Positions 9,646 through 18,556 of a DNA stretch of 64,000 nt are shown piece after piece. The position numbers were made by a program, and so were the translations under genes. This DNA comes from Vicinamibacteria bacterium (GTDB lineage: Bacteria; Acidobacteriota; Vicinamibacteria; Marinacidobacterales; Marinacidobacteraceae): positions 3,680,001-3,744,000 of the forward strand of contig OY821641.1 of the NCBI GenBank assembly GCA_963555995.3, read 5' to 3'. Under the pieces are notes generated by a model. It searched no databases, was not told the origin of the DNA, and saw only the letters and a list, made by a program, of their open reading frames with translations. How positions within the stretch are numbered: position 1 is the first letter of the stretch; each line of letters starts with the position of its first letter.

Positions 9646-12447
9646 GTGGTGAAAGCGCCCCGCCCGGGCCCTGCGGCGGCTCTGACCCGGAGTCCGGCGT
9701 TCAGCGTGCCGGTGGTTCTCCTTGCCGGCATCCTGTCGGCAACGTTCGCGGTCGCCGCCGGCGGGCAGGATGTGACCGGTCAGCCCGAGGATCCGCTCTC
9801 CCAGCGCGTGGACTCGGTCGTGGTCCGCTGGGCCGACGGGAGCACCGACCCGGTGCCCGACGAGGTCTCCCGACTGATTTCGGTGCGTCCGGGAACCCGT
9901 TTCCGTCCGCTGGTCGTGCGTCAGTCGGTGAAACAGGTGTTCGCGCTCGGCCGTTTCCGCGATGTCCGGGTGCGGTCCGAGGAAGCGGCGGACGGGGACC
10001 TGCGGCTGGTCTTCGAACTCGATCCCATTCCCCGAATCGCCCGTCTGAGCGTCGAGGGCGCTCCCTCCGGCGAGGACCTGAACCTGATCGCCACCCTTGA
10101 TCTCGAGGTCGGGGATTCCGTCCCGGAGGATCTGCCGGCTCGGGCGGAGGTCGGCGAAGACTGGCTTCGCTCACGCGGCTACGTGAGCGCGGAAGTGAAC
10201 ATCCGGACCGTTCCGGACGGGCGGGATGCGCTGCTCGAGGTGGTGGTGGCCGCCACTGACCGGGCCCGGGTGGCCTCGATCGAGGCCCTCGGGGTGGACG
10301 ATGACCTGGGCCGCAACCTCATCTCGGCGCTGGGCATCTCGCGGGACGATCCCTGGATCGAGGCGGACGTCACGGCGCGACTGCCGGAGGTGGAGGAAAG
10401 GCTCCGGGATCGTGGCTTCCTGTTCGCCACGGCTGGCCTCGATTGGAGGCCGACCGACGCGGGGGACGTCCTGGTCGTTCTCTCCGTGGATCGCGGCCCC
10501 GCAGTAGCCCTGGAAGTGCAGGGGTTCGGTCCTGCTCAGGGAGACGCCCAGGGCGTCGTGGACGGCCTTTCCGCACAGACCCTCACGCTCGATGGGATCG
10601 AAGGCGCCAGGCAGGAGCTTCTCGACGAGCTCCGGCGCGAGGGACGGCGGGACGGCGCCGTCACGGTGGAGAGCGTGGAGAGCGCGGACGGCGGACACCG
10701 AACCTTCCTGTTCTCCGCCGATCCGGGCCCTCGCTACGTCGTCGGCGCCGTCTCGTCGGAGGGTGCGCCCCCCGAGGAGGCCGACGCCGTCGCCGAAGTC
10801 CTGCTGCCGCTCCGGCCCGGCCGCCCCTACCGTGAGGAGGAGTGGCGGGCGCTGACCGAGAGCGTGCGCCGAACGCTCCGTGGCCTGGGCTATTTCGAGG
10901 CCGATGTGGTCCCGCTCCCGCCCCAGCCCGGGGAACCCGGGGACGATGCCCTTTCCCTGGATCTCCGGGTCCGGATCGAGCCGGGTCCGGCCGCCTCCGT
11001 CGCGGCGGTGCGCTTCGAGGGGAGCGCCGCGTTCACTGACGCCGAGCTGGCGGAGGTGGTCGCCCTGGCGCCCGGTGCGCCCTACGTGGCCGAAGAGATC
11101 GTGGGCGCCCGCGAAGACCTGGAGACGTTCCATCGGAATCGGGGATACCTGGAGGCGGTGGTGGAGGTCGAGGCGCCAGTGGATCCGGTCACTCACGAGG
11201 CCGAGGTCGTCTTCCGGATCCGTCCGGGGAGCTACTTCACCGTCGGCGGCATCATCGTGGCGGGCCTCGGCACCACGCGGGACTCCGTGATCCGCTCGCG
11301 TCTTCCCTTTGCGGAGGGGGATGCACTGGGGAGCGGCGATCTGCTGGAGGTGCGCCGGCGCCTCGTGTCCATGGGGATTTTTCGCAGCGTGGACGTGAAT
11401 CTGCTGGAACCCGAGGAACCGATCAGTGAACGGAACGTGTTGATCCGGGTGGCGGAGGGTCCCCGCACCAGCATCGGCTACGGCGCCGGCTACAGCGAGC
11501 GCGAGCAAGTCCGGGGAGAGGGCGAATGGACCCGGAACAACCTCTTCGGGATGGGCCACACCCTGAGCCTCTTCGGCCGGTTCTCGCTCAGGGGCACGCG
11601 CATGGTGGCGACCTACCGGGGGGCGGAGAGCGTCGAGGGCGAGATCCCCATTTTCGTGAGCGCGTTCCGGGAGTCGCAGGACCGGGAGAGTCTCGACTTC
11701 ATCCGCTCCGGCATCGGGGTCCAGGTGACCCGCAGGATCCTGGGGCGGAACGTGTTCCTGCGCTACGACCTGACCACCAGCGAGTTGTTCGACCTGAAGA
11801 TCAACCCGATCCAGATCGATCGCAACTTCGCCGACAACCTCTGGCTCTCGGCGGTTTCGGCGTCGGTGGTCACGGACACCCGCGACGATCCCGTGGACCC
11901 CCGCCGGGGCCGGTTCGGAATCGTGGACGTGGAGTGGTCATCGGCGCTCCTCCGGTCCCGGGCGCCCTTCCTGAAGGGGCTGGGGCAGCAGTATCTGTTC
12001 TTTCCGGTCGGCGAAGCGGTCGTCCTCGCCGTCAGCGGGCGGCTCGGCCTCGCGTGGACGCTGGGTGCGGACCAGCCCGCCCTGGTTCCCATCACCGAGC
12101 GGTTCTTCGCCGGGGGAGCCACCAGCCTGCGCGGCTACAAGCTGGACCGCGCCGGACCGCTCGATCCGAGCGGGTACCCGGTCGGCGGGAACATGCTCAT
12201 CGTGGGCAACATCGAGGCTCGGTTCCCCATCGTGGGGAGCCTCCGCGGCGCCGTGTTCTCGGATCACGGCGGCGTTTACAGCGAGGTCCGTTCGTTCCGC
12301 CTGCCGGACCTGGGGCACAACGTCGGCGCCGGGCTCCGCTGGAACACCCCGCTGGGGCCACTCCGCTTCGACTACGGAGTCCGGCTGGGCGACATCGGCG
12401 ACGCCCCGCGGGGGCAGTGGCACTTCACGATCGGCCACGCCTTCTAA
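9646..12447 (+). CDS. Omp85 family BamA/TamA outer membrane protein with multiple POTRA domains
   Basis: POTRA-like repeats; ERFFAGGATSLRGY; GLRWNTPLGPLRFDYG; terminal Phe (GHAF); start uncertain (9595 or 9646). Confidence 0.88.
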   Translation: MVKAPRPGPAAALTRSPAFSVPVVLLAGILSATFAVAAGGQDVTGQPEDPLSQRVDSVVVRWADGSTDPVPDEVSRLISVRPGTRFRPLVVRQSVKQVFALGRFRDVRVRSEEAADGDLRLVFELDPIPRIARLSVEGAPSGEDLNLIATLDLEVGDSVPEDLPARAEVGEDWLRSRGYVSAEVNIRTVPDGRDALLEVVVAATDRARVASIEALGVDDDLGRNLISALGISRDDPWIEADVTARLPEVEERLRDRGFLFATAGLDWRPTDAGDVLVVLSVDRGPAVALEVQGFGPAQGDAQGVVDGLSAQTLTLDGIEGARQELLDELRREGRRDGAVTVESVESADGGHRTFLFSADPGPRYVVGAVSSEGAPPEEADAVAEVLLPLRPGRPYREEEWRALTESVRRTLRGLGYFEADVVPLPPQPGEPGDDALSLDLRVRIEPGPAASVAAVRFEGSAAFTDAELAEVVALAPGAPYVAEEIVGAREDLETFHRNRGYLEAVVEVEAPVDPVTHEAEVVFRIRPGSYFTVGGIIVAGLGTTRDSVIRSRLPFAEGDALGSGDLLEVRRRLVSMGIFRSVDVNLLEPEEPISERNVLIRVAEGPRTSIGYGAGYSEREQVRGEGEWTRNNLFGMGHTLSLFGRFSLRGTRMVATYRGAESVEGEIPIFVSAFRESQDRESLDFIRSGIGVQVTRRILGRNVFLRYDLTTSELFDLKINPIQIDRNFADNLWLSAVSASVVTDTRDDPVDPRRGRFGIVDVEWSSALLRSRAPFLKGLGQQYLFFPVGEAVVLAVSGRLGLAWTLGADQPALVPITERFFAGGATSLRGYKLDRAGPLDPSGYPVGGNMLIVGNIEARFPIVGSLRGAVFSDHGGVYSEVRSFRLPDLGHNVGAGLRWNTPLGPLRFDYGVRLGDIGDAPRGQWHFTIGHAF

Positions 12448-12448
12448 C

Positions 12449-12500
12449 GGCTTGGAACGCCGGTCTCCAGACCGGCACGCGCGGTGTTCCGCACCGCGCA
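12449..12500 (+). repeat. REP-like element, copy 2
   Basis: GGCTTGGAACGCCGGTCTCCAGACCGGCACGCGCGGTGTTCCGCACCGCGC directly after the Omp85 stop. Confidence 0.85.
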
Positions 12501-12573
12501 CGACGCAACCCCGATGTGCCTGGTGGGGCTCTCGGGAACCGGCAACCGACCCTGGCTGTGCCAGACTGTCCCC

Positions 12574-13356
12574 GTGCGGAGCCACGGCCGAATCGCGGGG
12601 AGGCGCCTGAACTCCTTCAAGCGCCGCTTCCGGTGGTCCGTCCGCCTCGTGTCGGGCGTCGTCCTGGCGCTCTGCCCCGTCCCGGCGCTCTCGGGAGGCG
12701 GCGGCTCGGGCGCGCTCGCGCAGGTCCAGCCGGGCGCGGAGGTCGCGCCGGTTGACCGGATCCTCGCGGTCGTGAATGGCGAACCGATCACTTACTCGGA
12801 AGTCATGGAGGCGATCGCCCTCCTGCCCGGGGCGACGCCGCCCCCGACCCTCGAAGAAGCGCTGGAGCGCCTTATTGATGCGAGGCTCATGGAGCACGAG
12901 GCCCGCCGGTATCTGCAGGAGCCGCCGTCGGAAGAGGAGGGCGAGGCGACGCTGCGGGCCCTTATGGACCGCTTCGCGACCGCCGAGGACTACCGCGCCA
13001 CGCTGCGCCGCCTCGGCATCGCCGAGGACTATCTGCGGAAGCGGATCCAGCGGGAACTGATCGTGGACCGCTACGTGGACCGCCGTTTCCGGCCGCTGGT
13101 GCAGGTGGCCCAGCGAGACGTCGAGGAGTACTACCGGGCCGTGCTGCTTCCGGACCTGCCCGCCGGCTCGCCAACAACTTTGGTTGAAGTGGAGCCGCTG
13201 ATTCGGAATATACTTGAACAGCGCGATCTGAACCGCCGGATTTCCGCTTGGGTGGACGAGTTGAAGTCCAGCGCCAGCATCGTGCGGCTGCCGCTCCCCG
13301 AGCCGCCCCAGTTCAACTGCCGGTTCGATTGCCAGTCGGATTCAACGTCGGGCTGA
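12574..13356 (+). CDS. SurA N-terminal domain-like periplasmic chaperone
   Basis: VDRILAVVNGEPIT, LERLIDARL, WVDELKSSASI; start codon uncertain. Confidence 0.72.
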   Translation: MRSHGRIAGRRLNSFKRRFRWSVRLVSGVVLALCPVPALSGGGGSGALAQVQPGAEVAPVDRILAVVNGEPITYSEVMEAIALLPGATPPPTLEEALERLIDARLMEHEARRYLQEPPSEEEGEATLRALMDRFATAEDYRATLRRLGIAEDYLRKRIQRELIVDRYVDRRFRPLVQVAQRDVEEYYRAVLLPDLPAGSPTTLVEVEPLIRNILEQRDLNRRISAWVDELKSSASIVRLPLPEPPQFNCRFDCQSDSTSG

Positions 13357-13384
13357 ATCGTTCGGTCCCGCCGGGGCGTTCGAA

Positions 13385-13550
13385 GGTTCCTTCCGCGGGG
13401 AAGGGAACTCTTGGCTTGGGTGCGGCGTTATTCCCTTATCCGTGGGTGAGGAGGAGCGATCACCTCGTTCACGGGTGACCCAGGATTCCGCTCGGAGACG
13501 GAGCGGTCGGAGCAGTGAGGATGGCACACTGCGTGCTTATCACGCGATAG
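13385..13550 (+). promoter_or_regulatory. Multi-hairpin intergenic region (terminator and/or structured 5' leader of the sigma factor)
   Basis: Five consecutive inverted repeats; GGAGG RBS before ATG 13590. Confidence 0.4.
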
Positions 13551-13589
13551 ACACAAAGTAGGCCAACAAGGAGTTATCTGGAGGGCGCT

Positions 13590-14624
13590 ATGGACCCTAC
13601 GAGTACGGATTACGAAACCATCGAATTTGTCGACGAGGCGTTCGAGCTCGAGGAAGAAGAGGAAGAGTCCACTGAGGACGAGGTGGACGAGGCGAGGGAA
13701 CTCGGCCTCGCTGCCGACACGCACCAGACCGGCGATCTGGATTCGATGGGCCTCTATCTTCGGGACACGCACCGGCACCGGCTGCTGACCAAGAATGACG
13801 AGCAGCGCTACAGCCGGGCCATGCAGAAGGCCTGGCGCGAGATAGAGAGCTCGGAGGACCCGTCGAATCAGGACCTCGCGGCCTTCTACCGGAACCGCGA
13901 AAAGATGATCGAGGGGAATCTGCGCCTCGTCATCTCCATCGCCAAGCAGTCCCGAGGGAAGGGACTCCCGCTGGGTGATCTCATTCAGGAAGGGAACATC
14001 GGACTCATGCAGGCGGTTCGCAAGTTCGAACCCGAGCGGAACCTCAAGTTCTCCACCTACGCGACGTGGTGGATCCGGCAGGCGATCTGGCGCGCGCTTT
14101 CGCAGAAGTCCCGCACCATCAAGGTCCCGATCAACAAGCTGGATCTCCATCGCAAGGCTTCCAAGGTCAGGGCGGAGCTCGAGCAGCGGTACCGGAACGA
14201 TCCGGCGCGCCGCGGCAAGCGTCAGTTCCCGTCCACCGATGATGTCGCCCGCGAGATCGGCGTGCCGCCGGAGAGGCTTCGCGACGCGCTCCGTTCGGTA
14301 CCCCAGATTGACTCGCTCGATGCGCCGCTGGTTCCCGACGGGACACCGCGGATCCAGTTGACCCCCGATCCGGACCAGCTGAACCCGATCGAAGGGGTCA
14401 CGGACGCCGAGCAGCGCCGGCACGTGCGGGATGCCATTTCGGACCTCCCGGACCGGTTGCAGCACGTGCTCAAGCGCCGCTTCGGGATCCTGGGCGGTCC
14501 GGAGGCGAACCTGGAGGAGATCGGCCGGGAGCTGCACCTCACCCGGGAGCGGGTGCGGCAGCTCGAGGCGGAAGCGCTCACGCGGCTTCGCCAGGATCCG
14601 CGCCTCCGCGTCTCGGCGAACTGA
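13590..14624 (+). CDS. RNA polymerase sigma70 family factor, RpoD/RpoS-like (group 2-like, no large region 1.1/NCR)
   Basis: [49 protein letters not shown]. Confidence 0.92.
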   Translation: MDPTSTDYETIEFVDEAFELEEEEEESTEDEVDEARELGLAADTHQTGDLDSMGLYLRDTHRHRLLTKNDEQRYSRAMQKAWREIESSEDPSNQDLAAFYRNREKMIEGNLRLVISIAKQSRGKGLPLGDLIQEGNIGLMQAVRKFEPERNLKFSTYATWWIRQAIWRALSQKSRTIKVPINKLDLHRKASKVRAELEQRYRNDPARRGKRQFPSTDDVAREIGVPPERLRDALRSVPQIDSLDAPLVPDGTPRIQLTPDPDQLNPIEGVTDAEQRRHVRDAISDLPDRLQHVLKRRFGILGGPEANLEEIGRELHLTRERVRQLEAEALTRLRQDPRLRVSAN

Positions 14625-14645
14625 CCCGCGGCCGGGCGGCGCACC

Positions 14646-14697
14646 GGCTTGGAACGCCGGTCTCCAGACCGGCACGCGCGGTGCTCCGCACCGCGCA
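14646..14697 (+). repeat. REP-like element, copy 3
   Basis: Same consensus, after the sigma factor stop. Confidence 0.85.
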
Positions 14698-14773
14698 CGC
14701 CGCGACGCCAACCCGCCGAGTGGCTCCCTGCCCGGTCGTCCGCCCGAACGGGCCCGCCAGATACGATGGCGCG

Positions 14774-16384
14774 ATGCGCCGTCCTCAGCCTTTCCCCACC
14801 GCCTTGCTGGCCGGGGCGCTCGCCGCCCTGGCCTTGTTGTTCGCCGCCCGCAGCGATGCCGGGCAGCCGCGTGAGATCGAACTCACCACCGCCACCATCG
14901 CCGAGATCAATGAGGCGGTGGATGCCGGCGTCCTGACCGCCGAGCGGCTCGTCGAGCTGTGTCTGGCGCGAATCGCCGCCTACGACGACCAGGGGCCACG
15001 GATTAACGCCGTCATCTCGGTGAACCCGAACGCCCGGGCGCGGGCCCGGGAGATGGACGCCGAACGGGAGCGTTCGGGGCGCCGCTCACCGCTGCACGGG
15101 ATCCCGGTCCTCCTCAAGGACAACTTCGACACCGCGGACATTCCCACCACCGCGGGGTCCTTCCTGCTTCAGGACTCGCGCCCGCCGGACGACGCCTTCG
15201 TGGTGCGGAAACTGCGGGAGGCTGGCGCGATCGTCCTGGCGAAGGTGAACCTGAGCGAGTTCGCCTCCGGCGGCGCCATGAGTTCGCTCGGCGGAATCAC
15301 CCGGAATCCGCACGATCCCGCCCGCACGCCCGCCGGTTCGTCGGGCGGCACCGGCGCGGCGGTCGCGGCCGGGTACGGCTTCGTCGGGTTGGGTTCGGAC
15401 ACCGGGGGTTCCATTCGCGGTCCCTCCACCGCGAACGGACTGGCGGGGCTCAAACCGACCCTCGGGCTCCTGAGCCGCGACGGCATCGTGCCCCTGGCGC
15501 TCTCCTTCGACACCGGCGGACCGATGGCGCGCAGCGTGTACGACGTGGCGGTCTCGCTCGGAACCATGGTGGGCGTGGATGAGGCGGATGCGGCGACGTC
15601 GAGGAGCGCCGGGCAGTTCCACGACGACTACACGCAGTTCCTCGACGCGGAGGCGCTCTCCGGGGCGCGGCTGGGGGTGGCCCGCGATTTCATGGGTACC
15701 GACCGCGAGGTGGACTGGGCGATCGAGGCGGCGCTCGATGCGATGCGCGACGCCGGGGCTGAGGTCGTGGACGTGCGCTTTCCGGAGTGGCTGCTGGAGG
15801 TCGAGAGCGACTTCTACCTGGCGGTGCGCTGGCCGGAGTTCCGCCAGCAGATCGCCGAGTACCTGCGCGACCTGGGGGACGGTTATCCGCAAACGCTCGA
15901 CGAGCTGGTCGAGCGCTCCATGCGGCTTCCCTCCCGCGGAGACGGGCTGCGTCCCAACCCGGGACGCTGGAGCCTGTTCCTCCGTGAGAACGCGAGCGGG
16001 GAGGTCACCGACTACGCCCACGTCGCGGTGCGGGAGCACGCGCTCCCGCTGGTCCGTGCCCTGGTGGAAGGCCTGATGGACCAGGAAGACCTCGACGCCA
16101 TCGTCTATCCGACGTCTCCGACGCGTCCGGCCCTCCTCGATCGTCCCCCGGATCTCTACGGGCCCTCGCCCGTGCGCCTCGCCAACATGAGCGGGTTTCC
16201 GGACCTGATCGTGCCCGCGGGGTTCACCGGGGGAGGGCTCCCGGTGGGCATCTCGTTCCTGGGCCGGGCGTTCAGCGAGCCTCGGCTTCTCGCCCTCGGC
16301 TACGCGTTCGAGCAGCGGGTGAAGGCCCACCGGGTCCCCGCGCACACGCCGCCGCTGCCGGGCGAGCGGATCACCATTCCGTGA
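14774..16384 (+). CDS. Amidase signature family protein, secreted
   Basis: Signal peptide; LHGIPVLLKDN, GSSGGTG, GSDTGGSIRGPS. Confidence 0.9.
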   Translation: MRRPQPFPTALLAGALAALALLFAARSDAGQPREIELTTATIAEINEAVDAGVLTAERLVELCLARIAAYDDQGPRINAVISVNPNARARAREMDAERERSGRRSPLHGIPVLLKDNFDTADIPTTAGSFLLQDSRPPDDAFVVRKLREAGAIVLAKVNLSEFASGGAMSSLGGITRNPHDPARTPAGSSGGTGAAVAAGYGFVGLGSDTGGSIRGPSTANGLAGLKPTLGLLSRDGIVPLALSFDTGGPMARSVYDVAVSLGTMVGVDEADAATSRSAGQFHDDYTQFLDAEALSGARLGVARDFMGTDREVDWAIEAALDAMRDAGAEVVDVRFPEWLLEVESDFYLAVRWPEFRQQIAEYLRDLGDGYPQTLDELVERSMRLPSRGDGLRPNPGRWSLFLRENASGEVTDYAHVAVREHALPLVRALVEGLMDQEDLDAIVYPTSPTRPALLDRPPDLYGPSPVRLANMSGFPDLIVPAGFTGGGLPVGISFLGRAFSEPRLLALGYAFEQRVKAHRVPAHTPPLPGERITIP

Positions 16385-16397
16385 TCCTCCGTATTCC

Positions 16398-17348
16398 CTA
16401 ATCCGGGATCCGCAACACCCCTTCGGCGACCTCCACCGCCTGTCCGCCGACGCGGACCAGCGAGGGCTGGCCGCCTTCGCGTTCGACCTCCACGTGGATC
16501 GAGCTGGGACGGCCCATCTCGTAGCCCTGTTCGATCACGAGGCGCACCGGATCCCGGTCCCCGTTCTCGACCAGTCCGTGACGGACCAGCCAGGCGCCCA
16601 GCGCGCCCGCGGCGCTGCCGGTCGCCGGGTCTTCGTGGACGCCGAGTCCCGGGGCGAACATCCGGGCGTGCGCGGCGCTCTCCTCACGGGCGCACTGGGT
16701 GGAGAAGACCATCATGCAGTCGGAGCCGATCTCCTCGCGGCTCAGTAGCGCCTGCGCGGCCACCGGGTCCAGTTCGAGTTTCTCGATGCTGCGCAGCGAC
16801 CGCACCGGCACCATCAACTGGGGGAGCGCCGTCGAGACGACCTGCGCCGGCCGCCCGTCGGGAAGGAGCTCGTCGGCGCCGATACCGAGGCAGCCGGCAA
16901 GCGAACCCCGGTCGGTGAACTCGGCGAAGAAGCGGGGGGGCGCCTGCGTCATGACGACCTGCTCCACCTCGCCGCCGGAGACCCGGATGTCCACCGGAAG
17001 TACGCCGGCGCCGCATTCCTGGTGGATGCGGTGGAGGCCGGTGCCGAGGTTCCGGAGGGCCTCGCCGAGGCCCAGTTCTCCGCGCCGGGCGAGCACGAAG
17101 AAGGTTCCCACCACGGGGTGGCCCGCGAGCGGGAGTTCCGTGTTGGGGGTGAAGATGCGCAGGCGGCAGAGCGCCTGCACATCCGTCGGCGGCAGCACGA
17201 ACGCGGTCTCCGAGAGATTCATTTCGGCGGCGATCCGCTGCATCTCTTCGCCCGACAGCCCTTCCGCGCCGGTGACGATGGCGAGCGGATTCCCGGCAAA
17301 CGCGCGGTCGGTGAAGACGTCCGCCTGAAGGAACCGGTATTCGCGCAC
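16398..17348 (-). CDS. PhzF family epimerase/isomerase
   Basis: DVFTDRAFAGNPLA, EMNLSETAF, RIFTP..ELPLAGHP, EDPATGSA; GTG start 17348. Confidence 0.9.
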   Translation of the reverse strand: MREYRFLQADVFTDRAFAGNPLAIVTGAEGLSGEEMQRIAAEMNLSETAFVLPPTDVQALCRLRIFTPNTELPLAGHPVVGTFFVLARRGELGLGEALRNLGTGLHRIHQECGAGVLPVDIRVSGGEVEQVVMTQAPPRFFAEFTDRGSLAGCLGIGADELLPDGRPAQVVSTALPQLMVPVRSLRSIEKLELDPVAAQALLSREEIGSDCMMVFSTQCAREESAAHARMFAPGLGVHEDPATGSAAGALGAWLVRHGLVENGDRDPVRLVIEQGYEMGRPSSIHVEVEREGGQPSLVRVGGQAVEVAEGVLRIPD

Positions 17349-17361
17349 GAACGCCCCGAGT

Positions 17362-17847
17362 CTATCTGTTGGGGTGAAAGAGCGAGCCGCTCCGGTCGGG
17401 TCGTGGCGCTTGCCGCCCTTGCCGGAGGGCTTCTTCCGACGCGAGGGTATGGGCCCTTTCGTTCCCCGGGTGGCCAGCGTGACCCCGGACCCACTGGAAC
17501 CGCACGGCGGGCCGCTTCCGGCGCGCGTCGTCCAGGCGCCGCCACAGGTCGGCGTTCTTGACCGGGCGGCGGTTCGCGGTCTGCCAGCCGCGCCGGACCC
17601 AGGACGGAAGCCACTCGGTGATGCCCTTGACCACGTACTGACTGTCGCAGAACACGGTGGCCGAGGCCCCGTCCGGCACCGCTTCCACCGCCCGGATCGC
17701 GGCGGTGAGTTCCATCCGGTTGTTCGTGGTGTTCGGTTCACCCCCCGAGAGGACCCGCTCCTCTCCGGCAGCGGTCAGGATCACCGCCGCCCATCCCCCC
17801 GGGCCGGGGTTCCCGAGGCAGGAGCCGTCGCACGCGATCTGCAACAT
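17362..17847 (-). CDS. rnhA: Ribonuclease HI
   Basis: DGSCLGNPGPGG, TTNNRMEL, DSQYV, KNADLW, WVRGHAGHPGNERA. Confidence 0.95.
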   Translation of the reverse strand: MLQIACDGSCLGNPGPGGWAAVILTAAGEERVLSGGEPNTTNNRMELTAAIRAVEAVPDGASATVFCDSQYVVKGITEWLPSWVRRGWQTANRRPVKNADLWRRLDDARRKRPAVRFQWVRGHAGHPGNERAHTLASEEALRQGRQAPRPDRSGSLFHPNR

Positions 17848-17889
17848 CCGCTGGGTATCCTATGTGGCGGGTTCCTTCTCCCCATTCGG

Positions 17890-18447
17890 ATGTCCTGGAT
17901 TCACATGGTTCCGCCCACCGCCCCCGAGGGGCAGGCGGGGCGGCTCGGGGAGCTCTACCGGCGGCACCGGCGTCCCGATGGACTGGTGGACAACATCCTG
18001 AGGGTGTCCAGCCTGAATCCGGAAGCGCTGGAGCACCACCTGTCCCTCTACGAACACTTGATGCGAGGCGTATCGGGCCTCAGCCTCGCCGAACGGGAAC
18101 TGATCGCCGTCGCCGTTTCGGTGGTCAACGACTGCCACTATTGAATCGAGCACCACCGGAGAGGTCTTCTCCGGCTGACCCGGGATCGGCACCTGGTGGA
18201 CGCCCTGTGCCGTGATCCGGAGGGTTGCCCGCTCACGCCGCGCCAGCGGGCGCTCGCCGACTACGCGATCAAGCTGGCGCGGACCCCGGGCAGCCTGGTG
18301 GAGCAGGACATCGAGCCGCTCCGATGCATCGGACTGTCAGACCGCGACATCCACGACGCCTGCGCGGTGGCCTCCTACTACTGCTTCGTGAACCGCATGG
18401 CGAACGGCCTGGGGGTGCAACTGGAGGAGGCGGAAGCCGCTCGGTAG
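17890..18447 (+). CDS. AhpD-like / peroxidase-related selenoprotein (185 aa, C82xxU85)
   Basis: ERELIAVAVSVVNDCHY-TGA-IEHH continues in frame to FVNRMANGLG; TGA at 18142-18144; SECIS-like hairpin follows. Confidence 0.88.
18156..18174 (+). promoter_or_regulatory. Bacterial SECIS element
   Basis: CCGGAGA-GGTCT-TCTCCGG stem-loop beginning 11 nt after the UGA; AGGUCU apex as in the E. coli fdhF SECIS. Confidence 0.82.
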
Positions 18448-18461
18448 CCCGGCTGGCGCAC

Positions 18462-18510
18462 GTTGGAACGCCGGTCTCCCGACCGGCACGCGCGGCGCTC
18501 CGCGCGGCGC
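18462..18510 (+). repeat. REP-like element, copy 4
   Basis: TTGGAACGCCGGTCTCCCGACCGGCACGCGCGGCGCTCCGCGCGGCGC between convergent genes. Confidence 0.85.
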
Positions 18511-18556
18511 CCGTCGCAACCCCACCCACCCTCAGGGCGCGGTCCGGAAATACCCG

